From Azolla caroliniana (taxonomy: Eukaryota; Plantae; Polypodiophyta), in assembly GCA_043228905.1 (NCBI GenBank), contig JBHGNT010000001.1, positions 18,662,001-18,726,000 of the forward strand: 64,000 nt of DNA, written 5' to 3'. A model generated the notes under the pieces. That model was not told where the DNA came from. It made no database searches and worked only from the letters and a program-made list of their open reading frames with translations. Positions 13,301 through 27,096 of this stretch are shown here, piece by piece. Position 1 is the first letter of the stretch, and every line of letters begins with the position of its first letter. The position numbers and the translations under genes are program-made.

Positions 13301-15523
13301 TGTTAACTTCACGGATGTGACTTAATGCATCAGTGACATTGTTCATGGAACCTTACAATATCGTATCAAAAAATCAAAGTCCTGGATGAGATCAGCCCAT
13401 CGTGCCTTATGACCTTTTCGGTCTCGTTGATCACAAAATTATTTTAAGGACTCATGGTCCATAGTTACCACAAAATGATTTCCATAAAGGTAATGGCACC
13501 ATGTTTTGAGCACATGAATAACTATAAATAATTCCTTTTGTTGAATGGTATACCGACACTGAGTAGAATCAAGTTTCTTACTCTCAAATGCTATTGGTTG
13601 ACCACCTTGATATAATACGACACCTATAGCATAATCACTTGCGTCAGTTTTAACGTGAAAAGGTTTTGAAGGATCTCGTAAAAGAAGCGAAGGAGCCTTG
13701 CACACCATGTCCTTGAGTTCCTTAAAGGCGAGGTCTAGTGTAGCATTCCACACAATAGGTTTTGTACACTTCCGCGTTTGACCTTTGAGAAGATCAATAA
13801 ACGGCGTTGTCCATTGGTAGTAATTATGAAGAGATTTTCGCAAAAACCTGACAAAACCAACGAATGATCAAACTTCTCGAATATTCTTAAAACTGGGCCA
13901 AAGTTTGACTTTCTTGATGTGAGAAGGATTAATTTCAACTCCTCGTTCAGATATGAGATGTTCAAGATAAGTAATTGATTTCTTGAAGAATGCGCATTTT
14001 GAGATATTTGCATAGAATTGCTTGTCACGCAATGTTTGTAAAACAAAGCGAACATGTTGGCATGTTCTTCTAATGTACAGCTATAAACTAGAATATTATC
14101 TAAGGAAATAACGACAAATTTTCCAAGTTCTCAAAAAATGTAATTCATTTCTTGTTGAAATTCGGCCGGAGCATTAGTCAAACCAAAAGGCATGACGAAC
14201 AACTCATAATGGCCATAGCTCCCAGTAGACGGTCAATTAGATCGTCAACCTGGGGCAATGGATTTGAATTCTTGATCGTCACTTTATTCAAGCTTCAGTA
14301 ATTAATACACATACGTCATGTGTCCTCTTTCTTTTTTACCCAAAGAACAAGTGCAGCTCATGAAGATTTAAGGTATATAACCCATTCGTAAATAGTCCTT
14401 GAGTTGCTTGATACCTTATTCTCTTCGGATCGACTTAAGCGATAGGGAGGTATACATATTCGTGCAATGTCAGGTTCAATATCTAACCCGATGTCTATAT
14501 TACGTTAAGGAGGTAATCCATGTGGTAGTTCACTCGGAAAAAACATCACGAAAATCATTTAAAATTTTATCAATTTCTTGTTGTTCAAAATATGATAAAT
14601 GACCCGAGACATTATCGATATTATAAACGTGAGTGTTCAGATCAAGTACACAATAAAATAAAGAAGAACAAGACAACTCAAATATTGATGGAGAGGAAAC
14701 AATCGTAAGAGATTGTTTTTTTACACATTGAATAAAATGAGTACAATCGATCAGTACAAAAGTAATTGAATGGTGAACCCAATTGTAAAGAATCAAGAGA
14801 TAGATTCTTGTGAAGCGGAATAGGTGTGAACTGTGTGTGTGTGTGTGTGTGTGTGTGTATGAGAGAGAGACACACACACACACACAGTATACACAAGGTT
14901 AAGTATATTAACAAAGGAGAAAGACACGACCAAATACAAGGTGGGAGGAGGGTGCTTTATGTAGTTACCCTCTCTCTTCATTAACTATAAGCCTCATGGA
15001 GCATGGGGAATGTGAAAACTCATAAGTTATGTGTCATAGAATATAATTCTATGACTCATACTAAATGCTAGAATACAAAGTGCTGACATAATGGTGACTC
15101 TTGACCGTTGGAGTGTCCCTTCACTCTTAAGGTGAGTTCACACACTAGACCAAGTTGAGCTTGATTCTCAAAACGCCCCCTCAAGCTCAAGTCGGGTCGG
15201 TTTCAGACGATATCTGAAATCCGCTTCAACTCGCGTTCCGGAGTCCGTGTCGACTCGCGTCGGCTCGCTTTATGCGGAGTTGCAGAATCCGTGCTCCAGC
15301 TTGCGTTGTGCGTAGTTACGAAGTCTGTGCTTCGGCTTGCGTGTTTCTTCGTGGCTTTGCGCGATAGATCGGCTCTTCACTGCTTCGTTGTGTGGTTGCG
15401 GAATCCACGCATTATTGCGTAGTGCGCAGTTGCGGAATCTACGCATTATTGCGTAGTGTCTTCAATACTCCCCCTCAAGCTTGGCAGGTCAGGGATCGTC
15501 AATCCAAGATCGGTCATGAATTG

Positions 15524-18500
15524 CTATAGCTTGTCGGCTCCTAAGGCTTTAATAAAGATGTCAACCGTTTGAAGATTGGTGCTGATGTGTTGTAGGTTGA
15601 CATCGCCAGCCAGAACGCGCTCTCGGATGAAGTGATAGTGCATTTTGATGTGCTTTGTCCGCGCGTGGAACATCGGGTTCTGAGCTAGATAGATACTGCT
15701 CATGTTGTCGCAGTAAAGGGAAGTCGGATCCTTGATGGGTATGCCCAGATCCTTCAAAATCCTTTTGAGCCATACGGCTTCACACACAGCTACGGCTGCG
15801 CCCATGTATTTTGCCTCCATACTCGAAAGAGCGATGATAGGTTGCTTCTTGCTACTCCAGGATATTGCTCCGCTGCCGAGGGAGAAAACAAATCCAAAGG
15901 TTGATCAAATCCAAAGGTTGATCTTCTATCAGCTTTGTATCCGGCTCAATCGGTGTCTGTGTAACCCTCGAGTCGTATTGGCATCGCGGTCTTGTAGAGG
16001 ATGCCGCAATCCATTGTGCCACTCACGTACCGTAGAACTTGCTTAGCGCAATCCAAGTGAGTATCATGCGGTGTTTGCATGAATTGGCTACGGAGACCGA
16101 CCAGATAACTGAGATCGGGTCGTGTGATCGTGAGGTAGATGACACTCCCGATGAGTTGCCGATACTGAGTCGGCTCACACGCTTTGGTGCCGGAGTTTGC
16201 ATCAAGTTTGAGACTGCAATCGAGCGGGGTTGCCGCGGATTTGCACTCAGCCATCCCGAACTTGTATAACAAGTTGAGGATGTAGTGTCGTTGAGAGATC
16301 ATGAATCCAGCCGGAGTCCGAATTACCTCGATGTCGAGGAAGTAGTGGAGCTCCTTCATGTCCACCATCTCGAACTTGTTGGAAAGGAGGGATTTGACCT
16401 TATTGATTTCAACCAAATGCTCACCTCCAATGACTAGGTCATCCACATAAATGATGATGACGATCGGACTTGCGGAATCACTTCGTGTGTAGAGGGAGTT
16501 GTCCGATTTTGACATACAGAATCCAATTTGATGAAGATATTGCATTATCTTCGAATGCCAAGCACGCGGTGCTTGCTTGAGGCCGTAGAGAGGCTTCTTG
16601 AGTCGGCAAACAACTTTCGGATGGGTGCTCGAGTTGAAGCCGGGTGGTTGTATCATGTACACCTCCTCTTCTAATTCTCCTTGTAGAAAGGCGTTCTTGA
16701 CGTCCATTTGATGGAGGTGCCACCCTTTCGCCGTGGCAAGCGCAATTACGGTCCACACTGTTCTCATCTTTGCCACCGGGGCAAAGGTCTCCTCGTAGTC
16801 AACTCCGTGCGTTTGGGCGTAGCCTTTCGCTATGAGTCGCGCTTTGTAGCGGTTGACGGAACCGTCGGCGTTGTACTTCACTTTGTAAATCCATTTGCAT
16901 CCAATTGCCTTTTTGTGTGGTGAGGTGGGAACGAGATCCCACGTCTTGTTCTTGGGTAGTGCGTGCATCTCCTCATTCATGGCCTCGATCTATTGCGGAT
17001 CCTTGGCTGCTTCGAAAAAGGTTTCCGGCTTCCGTACTATTGCTACCTTCATCATAAAGGCGTCATGGTACGCCATATAATCGTTGTAGCCGAATCGGCT
17101 TACGGGGTTCTTTCACAAGTGGATCAGCAGAGCTTTTCATTTGGTACATCGAAGCTGCCGAACTCATTGTTGAGTGAGTGAGTCGATTCATCGTCGTCGA
17201 AGTGATCGTCTTCATATTCCGCCATTTTCGCCTTGCCTTTGTCCATCTTCCGGCTAGACCGTGATGTCCTTTGATCACTCAACGGCTCTTGAGGTCCGCT
17301 CAGTCAGGTCATGATCGGCCATTCTTCGATCATGTGCGTAGGGCGATCTTCATCCTTGATCTCTTGGTCGGCAGATTCCGGGTCGAGCGGAGTCGGAGTC
17401 AGAGTTGTCTCTGGTGCGTACCAGGATGCGGACTCGTCAAAAACAACGTCTTGACTTACTCGAGATTTTCGAGTTGAAGGGTTGTAGCACTTGTACCCCT
17501 TTTGCTCCAATGAGTATCCTACTAGGATACATTTCTCCGACTTCGGGTCAAGCTTTTGACGCTTCTCGTCGGGGATGTGCGCATACGCTATTGCTATCGC
17601 TCTGAATATGCGGATGTGCAATAAGTTCGGCTTCTTTCCGAATTATTTTTCGTGCGGAGTGACCTCGTGCATGCCGGATGTTGTGCACCAGTTTATTGGT
17701 AGACGGCTGTATTTGCAGCTTTGGCCCAATATGACTTGGGCATATGCTTCTCATTCATCATGGCCCGCGCTACTTCGAGGATGTGCTGATTTTTGCGTTC
17801 GGCTACCCTGTTTTCTTGCGGAGTGTGTCGGCAAGTGAATTCTCGCCGAATTCCTTCCTTTTAGAGATATGCCGTGAAGTCGTCCGAGAAGTACTCCTTG
17901 CCGCTATCCGATCGAAGACAACGTACATGTCGGCCCGTGGCTTTCTTGACTTCATTCTTGAAAGTTTGGAAGTGTCCGTACACTACGCTCTTTTGTCGCA
18001 TGGGTAGATCCAAGTGTGCCTAGAGAAGTCGTCGATAAAGAGCACGTAATATCGGCATCTACCGAATGTAGCCGTCCACGTCAGTCCCCATACGTCAGAA
18101 TGGACTACGTCGAGTAGACCTTTGCTCACGGTCCGCTCTTTCGGGAATGGGTGTCGGTGTTGCTTGCCGAATTGGCACGCTTTGCATACACCTTCAATCT
18201 TCTTTTCTTTGAATGTCGGGAGTCCGATGACGACTCTTTTCGATTTCATTGCTTTGAGTTTGTTGAGATTGATGTGGCCGATTTGCTTGTGCCACAACTC
18301 TATGTCGGAGTCGGCTTTCATGCCCTTTGCGAACATGGCCGATTTCATCTCGTGTGGGTCGAGAATGAACATTCAGTCCTCTCTTCGTCCGCGTGCGATG
18401 AGTCGGCCCTCTTTTTCGATGAAGCAACCGCCTTGATTAAATCAAACTTGCATCCCTTGCTCTACAATTTGGCCGATGGAGACCAAATTCTTCGTAATGG

Positions 18501-20106
18501 TCGGTACATGCAATGCATTTTAAATGTAATTTTGCTTACCTTCTTTTCCGAATGGAACATTGCCGATGTGCCGAATCGGGTGCGTAGTGTCATCTCCGGT
18601 TTCGACATAACCGGGTCGGTCCGGCTCTCGAAGTTCTCATAACCATTCTTGATGCGATGTCATATGGTTCGAGGCACCTGAATCGACGAACCATACGTCT
18701 TCCGGACCGGAGGCACTAGTTGAGGTAGCGGCCGACATAGAGTTTGCTCTATGTTTCATCATGAACATTCCGCCACGGTCGAAGTTGTGTGTATACTTTC
18801 CGCTACGATCTTCGTAGTCAGAGTTGGGCCTATACATTCCACCACGGTTAGAGTTGTGTGCATACATTCCGCCACAATCTTCGTAGTCGGAGTTGTGCTC
18901 GTACATTCCACTATACTCTTCGTAGTCGAAATTGTGCGCGTAATTCGTGAGTTGTCGGCTTGTGGAAGTTGATTCACGCATCTTCTTTCGGTACTCTTCT
19001 TCGTGGTGGCCAAGCTTTCCGCAATATCCGCATTCGGTTGCGTTTTGACGGCTCTGGCCGGAGTGGAAGGTCCCCCTTCTTGCGAAGGTTCCTTGTTGGC
19101 CTCCATTTTGCGGCCGAAATTGTGAGTTGTTGTCGTAGGTCGGACCTCGTCCGCCTTGTCCTTGGCCGAATCGGCCTCTTGCTCGTCCACGTCCTCTTCG
19201 TCCGTTAGAGTGCATGTAGAGCATGTGGCTTTCCGACTCATTGCTCCTTGTACGCACGTGGTTATCTTTGACCAATAGCATTGATTGGAGCTTGAAGGTC
19301 CCCCTTCTTGCGAAGGTTCCTTGTTGGCCTCCATTTGACGGCTCTGGCGGAGTGGAAGGTCCCCCTTCTTGCGAAGGTTCCTTGTTGGCCTCCATTTTGC
19401 GGCCGAAATTGTGAGTTGTTGTTGTAGGTCGGACCTCGTCCGCCTTGTCCTTGGCCGAATCAGCCTCTTGCTCGTCCACGTCCTCTTCGTCCGTTAGAGT
19501 GCATGTAGAGCATGTGGCTTTCCGACTCATTGCTCCTTGTACGCACGTGGTTATCTTTGACCAATAGCATTGATTGGAGCTTGAAGGAGGGAGATTTCTC
19601 CCATGCTAGAACGGCGGTTCGCATCGCGCCGAACCATGGTGCGAGGCCGCCGAGGCATATTTGCGCCATCTCATCAACATCTATACTTACACTTATTGTG
19701 CTGAGCGAGTCGCAAAGCTCCTTGATCTTCAAGGTGTATGTCGTGATGGACATGTCCCTTTGTTGAATGTTGTTCAACCTTTGGCGAAGTTGAAGCTTCC
19801 TCGCGGTCATGTTAGTGGCGAGAATCTTTCGTAGATTTTTCCACGCTTCCTTTGGTGTCTTGGCTTCTCGAATGTAACCGAACATGTGGTCGTGAACACA
19901 TGTCGCAAACAATACATCACACGGCTTGCGGCTTGCTCCCATGTCGCGTATCTGGGAGCCGCTTCGGCGGGTCGATCTTCATGCGCTCCTTTAATGTAGC
20001 TCCAATAGCCTTGTCCGACAAGGTATTGGTGCTTCTTGTACTCCCAAGATGCAAAGTTTCGATCCAACTTCTCGGTTGGGAGAGCGCTCCCCATTTGAGT
20101 ATTCAT
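15524..20106 (-). pseudogene. Disrupted copia gag-pol (Gag, zinc knuckle, protease, integrase, RT, RNase H)
   Basis: MNTQMGSALPTEKL start, CGYCGKLGH, VDSGASNHMT, HSDVWG, YVDDLVI, HARTKHI; several frameshifts, stops and an internal duplication. Confidence 0.92.
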
Positions 20107-20455
20107 TGTGTTGATTCTTCTTCGTCTTCTTCTTCTCTCTTCGAATACGTGCTATGTAGCGAAGCTACGATAGCGATGAGCCGGTTCTTGGTCGTCGGCG
20201 TGAAGCACAACACACGATCACGATAAGGTGAATGGGCTAGATCGAGCTACCAAATCGCTTTGATACCATGTAAAGAATCAAGAGATGGATTCTTGTGAAG
20301 CGGAATAGGTGTGAACTATGTGTGTGTGTGTATGAGAGAGAGAGAGAGAGAGAGAGAGAGTATCGCAAGGTTAAGTATATTATCAAAGGAGAAAGACACG
20401 ACCAAATACAAGGTGGGAGGAGGGTGCTTTATGTAGTTACCCTCTCTCTTCATTA

Positions 20456-20611
20456 ATAGAATCATATTTTATGACACATAACTTATGAGCTTTCACATTC
20501 CCCATGCTCCATGACGCTTGTAGTTAATGAAGAGAGAGGGTAACTACAAGCGTTATGGAGCATGGGGAATGTGAAAGCTCATAAGTTATGTGTCATAGAA
20601 TATGATTCTAT
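20456..20611. repeat. 71-bp-arm inverted repeat inside the 5' LTR
   Basis: 20456-20526 is the reverse complement of 20541-20611 with 2 mismatches by eye. Confidence 0.92.
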
Positions 20612-23008
20612 GACTCATACTAAATGCTAGAATACAAAGTGGTGACAGAATGGTGACTCTTGACCGTTAGAGTGTCTCTTCACTCTTAAGGTGTGTTCAC
20701 ACACTAAACTAAGTTGAGCTTGATTTTCAACACCTATCAATAGATAAAGAAGAGTTTTTATTATAAAACTAGGGATAACCTAGTATTACATCGGTGGTAC
20801 AAAAATTCATTACATGGAAGTCTACTTCCTCTGGATAAGTATAAATAGAAATTCCTAATCAATGAATCGTCTAGTTGAGGTATTGTACTCTTCCATCAGC
20901 CAAGTGCACCTTATAGGTGTGAATACTTACGGTGGGTTAGATTCCCTATATCTGAACCAAATGATCATTCACAAAGTTGTGTGAGCTTTTCGAGTCAAAT
21001 AAGAATTGGACCGGAGATCCATTGATATACACATTTGCACGTTGTAATACTTTGGGTCCCAATACATAGTGAGGGAAAGAACATTTGCAATTACTTAAAT
21101 GATGTGTATAGACCTCAAGGACATCACGAATCTGGCCGTTATGGTCTGCAACTTGCCGTTCTTCGAAGTGCGTTGATAACGAAGAACAATTTCAATGGCC
21201 TCTTCGAAGGATTTCAGATCTATATCATGCACTATGTAGTGATAGTCCGAATTGGGATGCCACTGACAAAATAAACTATTAACCAATTGTTCCCTTCTAG
21301 ACCCTATTTTTGAATTTGGGTTCTAGCATGATGAACATAGTCTTCTAGCGATGACAATTTCCAGCTAGAGATGTTCATTAAAGCCTGTGCTACCTCGGTT
21401 CGAGATGCAGGTTGTCGAACTTGACCCTTCAAAACTATGACAAAGTTTGTCTAGGTATCGGGCAATTTCCCCATAATGTGGAGCCCATGCCATCAAGTGG
21501 TGGACTTACCCCCTAGTATCTAGCTTGGGATAGATCTCAAAATGAGACTCTCATCGCCCCAGCCACGTGCAGATTGTTTCATTGGTTCTTTCCTTTTTTT
21601 CTCCCGTAAATGGCTTTACGACAAATGATGGTTCGCCTTGATGCTCATCGGCTCTATTAGTATTATGTTATATACTAATGACACGTGCCTTGAGAACAGT
21701 GTGAGGTAGAATTAAGGAAATTTTGTATTTGTAAAAAATACAACTTAATGGGGATTGGCCCATGAGGATTTCCTTGAATTCATTCCGCTTGGGCGGATGA
21801 CATTGGTTTGTTATTATGAGCCATTGAATGATAATTTTGGCACAAAAATAGGATAAGGTTAGAGAAATAGTCATAAGATCATGTCATGATGTAAACATTT
21901 TAATCGATATCATGATCTCACACCAATACCCCTCTAGACATATGAGATGAGGTTCAAGATCAGGTGATTATGGTAACACAAAGATGTTTTAAATACCATG
22001 GGGATGACAAATGAATGTCTTTCCCTGATCTCTATAATGAATTTTTCATGGTGGCTCCTCATAGCTGAACCATGTATGTTCGTGTCATGAATAGTTTATA
22101 CATGCAAAAATGTTAACAATAAACTATGTCTCTATGCCCACCCATGTGGTTTCGGTTCTTTAAGTCCTATTACGAGGACCCTGAAGTGCAGTTAGACCTA
22201 AAGTCTAAACATGTTTTATAGTCATATGTATCAACAATATTGTACGGTCTTGGTCATATTTAAACTCGAGACCTCACGAACAAATACATTAAACACTTGA
22301 GCTAACCAAACGGTTTGGTGCTTTTGAATGTTTAATGTTTACGCATATGAGAGATATACAAAGGCATTTGCCCATATATGTTTGTTAAAAGAAAACATAT
22401 ATGTCGTGAAACCTTATTTCCCCCTCGTTAACAATAAAACTTTATGGGTACGTTACCCAACCTCAAGTCTCATAATTGCGATGGCATTCACCAAGGTGCA
22501 ACCTAATGGTCAAGCTACACGAGCCCTCTTTTCGTAGTAGGCCCAAGTGGCCCATCACATGGTTATGTCATTACCAATGCCTTCCCTAATGATGATCTCA
22601 TGGTGGCATTGTATCCATGTAAGGAGGGAGGGATGTTGGATGCGTGTGTCATAGAAACGATCTCACATGAAGTGGGTCAAGCTCTACATTCTGAAAATCA
22701 TTGTCGTTATGATCATTTTGTTATAATGTGTAGCAAAATCAAAGTGACGAATAGGGATGACAATAAAAAAAAAAATGTTTAAAAAGGATGGTGACTACGC
22801 CATTCTTACAAAAATGCGAGAATGGCCACCAAGATCCTTTCCCCAAAAAGGATAACGTTCAACATAGAAAATCACGTAATAAACACCAATATACACATAT
22901 TTATGTTTAACACATGTATACGTATACATGTGATTACATATGCATATATTTAAAAAATCGTTACATCACATAACCAACGAATGAGGTCATCGAGATACAT
23001 AATTGAGC

Positions 23009-23296
23009 CATATAGCCTCTCTACACACGAAACATCCAAATTACGGGTGAACGTAATACGCAATTGAGGTATTGACCTCTTACGCATACGACACAAATCG
23101 CATATCATTTATATACAAATCGAGGTTTTGACCTCATACACATACGTAAAATTGCATATAGCTTCTCTACACACGAAACATCCAAATTACGGGTGAACGT
23201 AATACGCAATTGAGGTATTGACCTCTTACGCATACGACACAAATTGCATATCATTTATATACAAATCGAGGTTTTGACCTCATACACATACGTAAA
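23009..23296. repeat. 146-bp tandem duplication in the gypsy 5' leader
   Basis: catatagc...catacgtaaa starts at 23009 and again at 23155, near-identical. Confidence 0.92.
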
Positions 23297-26200
23297 TTTG
23301 TGAACATCACACACAATTGAGGTATTAACCTCGTATGCATATTACACAAATCAAATATAAAATATATGTTAAATGAGGTATTGATCTCATACACATATAT
23401 GTATACTTTTTATACAACCAATTATTTACCACTACAACATAATTGAATCAATGTAAAAAATTATATATTGACTATACATGATTAGATTGGAGAAGAAAGA
23501 ATAAGAAAAAAAGAAAAAAAGGAAATACTGAGGTTTCTTTTTTGATAAGTATCTGGATCCAGCTCAATCGTACATCGATCGATTGCCATCCAACAAGAAA
23601 GAAAACAAACAAAAGAAACATTAAAAACATGGATCGGATACCAATTGTTAGAGTTATATCCTAACGTAAGCATGAGATAAGGATATAATAGATATAAAAT
23701 TAGAAAGGAGAGAGAAAGAAGGGTGTCGATCCACCCGATAACCCCGAGCGAAGGGATCGAGACTAACTCGAGCCTCGATTAGCGTCCCATACCACCGTCA
23801 TGACATCGAGTCGTACCTAGTGCTGGCGTGCTCTCTACAAGAGTTGACCCAACACAATGAAGGAGTCTCGACATAATTGATAATGTGTTAAATGAGGGTA
23901 GCTAGGCCTCATATTTATAGCTAGACCTAAGGCCCCCAAGCAAGTTCACACTTGGCCTAATGATTTGTCCCAATCCCAAGGATTAAAAGTAATCATTCCC
24001 TTCTTTACACTCTTGTTTAACCCTCACACTTTATCTACGTGTATAGAATACTATGGTAAAACTTACCACGGGATATGGTCACGCCCGTAACAAACTTCAC
24101 TGCTCAGGACCCACTCGAACACAAAGTGGTAATGCACTTTTATGTGCTTTGTGCGAGCATGGAACACGGGGTTCTTGGCTAGCTTAATGTTACTAATGTT
24201 GTCATAGTAGATCGGGATCGAAGTCGGTACTTTGATCTGGAGGTCTTGCAGCAACCGCCAAAGCCATATGGCTTCACCAGTGGTGATGGTAGCTCCATGG
24301 TACTTAGCCCGAGTGCTTGACAGAGCCAATGTCGGTTGTTTCTTGTTGCTCCACACAACAGTTGTGTTACCAAGAGAGAACATAGAGCCGGATGTTGACC
24401 GACGATCAAATGCATCATCAGCCCAGTCGGCATCAACCCGATTACACTGTGTCGGTACAACAGTCCCCAATCCTTCATGCCGCTCAAATATTGCAGTAGT
24501 GGATGTGCGCACAGAAGCTGCTCAACAATCAGTCGCCGCATGTTTGACTAATCACTCCCCGACCGGATAGTTGTTGTCAGGTGATGGTCACGTATATGAG
24601 GCTTCCGACAATTTGTTGGAGCTGTTTCTTGTTGCAGGTCGGTCCGGAGTCGGGATGTAGCTTCTGACTCCGGTAAAGGGGTGTTGAGACTGGTCGGCAA
24701 TCAGTCATGCCGAACTTGAACAACATATTCATCACAAAATGGCGTTGGCTGATCAATATATATGCTTTCGGGGGTTCGGATCACTTCGATCCCGCGGAGG
24801 TAGTGAAGGTTCCCTAGGTTCTTCATCTCTAATGATGCCACAAGTTGAGACTTCATGCCGCCGATTTCCTCTGGGTCGTCGATAGCGATGACTAAATAAT
24901 CAACATAAAGTAAACGACTTACCGGCCGATTATGACCTTGTCGGACGAAGAGTGAAGAATCTGACTTAGATGGAGCAAACCCCATCTGATGCAAGCGCTA
25001 CGTGATCTTCGCGTTCTAGGCATGTGGGACTTTCTTTAATCCGTAAAGAGACTTCTTCAGCCGGCATACTACCGAAGTATTCAATCCAGACTGAAATCTG
25101 GGTGGTTGCACCATGTATACCTGTTCCTCAAGTTCTCCTTGCAGGAATGTGTTCGTCACATCCATCTGATAAAAATGCCAGCCCTTTGCTGTGATGACCG
25201 CAAGCAAGACACAGACGGTCGTTATCATTGATGATGTGTTGTTACGCGTGGCCCTTGGCCACTAACTTAGTCTTGTACCGGTTGACGGAGCCATTGACGT
25301 TGTACGTGATCTTTTACACCCACCTACATCTGATCGGCTTGACTCCCTTGGGGGCGTCAACCAGGTCCCAAGTCTCATTCTCTGTTAGCGCTTGCATCTC
25401 TTCCTCCATTTTAGCACGCCAATTTGCGTCTTTTGCCGCTTTTGCTATGCTCTCTGACTCGTGCACTTCTGCCACTTTCTTCATGTACGCGTACTGATGC
25501 GCCATGTACTTGTTATAACCATACCGTTTCATAGGGTTCTTCTAGCGGGTTGATTGGCGTAACTTCTCGTTTGCCGATTTTAGGGCCCTCTTGTCCGAGT
25601 CAGACTTCATTTCCAAAGGTCTGTCTTCATGCTTTCTAGAGTCGGAGTCACTCCAATCCGACTCTTCTTTGTTAGTATCATATTCCACCATCTTCTTCTT
25701 CCCTTTTTCCTTTTCTATGAACCGACTCCTCAGTTCCTTGTGTGTGGAGAGCACAGTTTAATCTCCACTACTTGCCAACTCACCATCCGACTAGTCGTTC
25801 TAACTCTGTCTTTCATTCTGCCCACTCAGCTGGAATGAAATTGGACTCTCTTACAAAGTGTCGAACTCTTCTTCCTCTTCTTCTGCCCAGATCATTTCGG
25901 CCTCATTGGCCTCTTCCTCAGTGATAGGGTGGTTGGAGTTGTCGGGAGTCGAAGTCAGTAGTGAGCCAGGATGTCGACTCATCGAATTCGACATCGCAAC
26001 TTACTCGAACTTATTTGAATCGGGGGTTATAACACTTGTACACCTTCTGCTCATAAGAGTAGCCGACCAATATGCACTTTTCCGACTTTGCATCTAGTTT
26101 CCTCCTCTTCTCATCGGGCACATGCTCCCGAATATCCTCAGGTATCGAAAGCTCGGCTTTCGCCCAAAATATAGCCCATGTGCAGACACCTTCTCCCCGA

Positions 26201-27096
26201 TCTGATTTTGGATGTAGATCGTTGTTTAGACTATTTAGGCCCAATAGAACTTAGTCATGCTCTTTTCCTCTAGCATCGTCCTTGTCACTTCCACAACTGA
26301 CCGATTCTTCCTCTTAGCTACAACGTTTTGTTCGGCATATATTTGCAACTTAATTCTCACCAAACTCCTTTCTGTTGTAGATAACTGTTGAACTGGCTGT
26401 AAAAAAATTCATTTCTGTCATCCAACCGCAAGCACTTTATCTTCCTCTCTGTTTCCCATTCGACTAAGCTTTGGAAGTTCTGGAAACAGTCGAAGACTTC
26501 ACTCTTCTTCTCAATGAGGTAGATCCATGTGTGCCGAATGTAATTGTTGATGAAGGATACGAAATATTAGCTCCTGTCAAGACTAACATTCTGTGCCGGT
26601 CCTCATACATCCAATGTATCAAATCGAGCTTGTTCCGGCTCTTATTTCGCTCGTTGGGGAATGGAAGTTGGTGTTGCTTCCCTAGCTAGCAGGCTTCTCA
26701 AATTTGGGCCTTCCAAGCACTAAATTTTGGCAATCCAAATACCACTTGTTTCGATTGTAGATCCAGAATCCTCTAGTAGTTGACGTGGCTGATCCACTTG
26801 TGCCATAAGTCGATGTCCAACTCGCCTTTTTGTCCTTTAGCGAATAGAGCGGCTTCGAGGATGAATAAATATCCTCCCATCCCAGTGCTCTTGCGCGATG
26901 ATTTGACCTTCTTCCTCGATGAAGCACCCAAGATGAGTGAATTGGACTTGCATTCCCTAGTCGACAATCTGGCCGACCAACACCAGGTTCTTTGTTATTG
27001 TCGGGGCATGTGGTACGTTCATGAGTTTTCCCTTCTGTCCGACATGACTTAAGGGAACTTCGCTGACATGTTCGATCGGGTGCTAATTAATTTTTC

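Larger units (their letters stand above)
14784..20732 (-). mobile_element. Full-length degenerate Ty1/copia (3' LTR 14784-15173, 5' LTR 20269-20732); same family as 42603-48123
   Basis: LTR pair; TSD ccaat/cctat (4/5); Met PBS tggtatcaaagc 20257-20268; PPT gagggggcg next to 15174. Confidence 0.95.
11603..24092 (-). mobile_element. Full-length degenerate Ty3/gypsy chromovirus (3' LTR 11603-12052, 5' LTR 23646-24092), host of copia 14784-20732
   Basis: Two similar LTRs of about 450 bp, TGTTA...TAACA; TSD gactt/aactt (4/5); Met-like PBS tggtatccgatcc at about 23631-23643; PPT 12054-12068; protease LFDSKSSHNF about 20970-21010; RT/RNase H (TDASDYAIG) about 13400-14560; integrase about 12500-13200; chromodomain-like PERILD..EFKLKW about 12130-12240. 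Confidence 0.9.
10374..27082 (-). mobile_element. 5'-truncated Ty1/copia (3' LTR about 10374-10852; RNase H split by the gypsy insertion; RT and integrase 24093-27082)
   Basis: PPT ttgagggggag at 10853-10863 (-); HYHFVFEWVLSSEV (right of 24093) continues as ELHYVRNNRQVADIFTKALG (left of 11602); LWHKWISHVN, KLDAKSEKCILVGYS and ENETWDLVDAPKG motifs. Confidence 0.85.
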
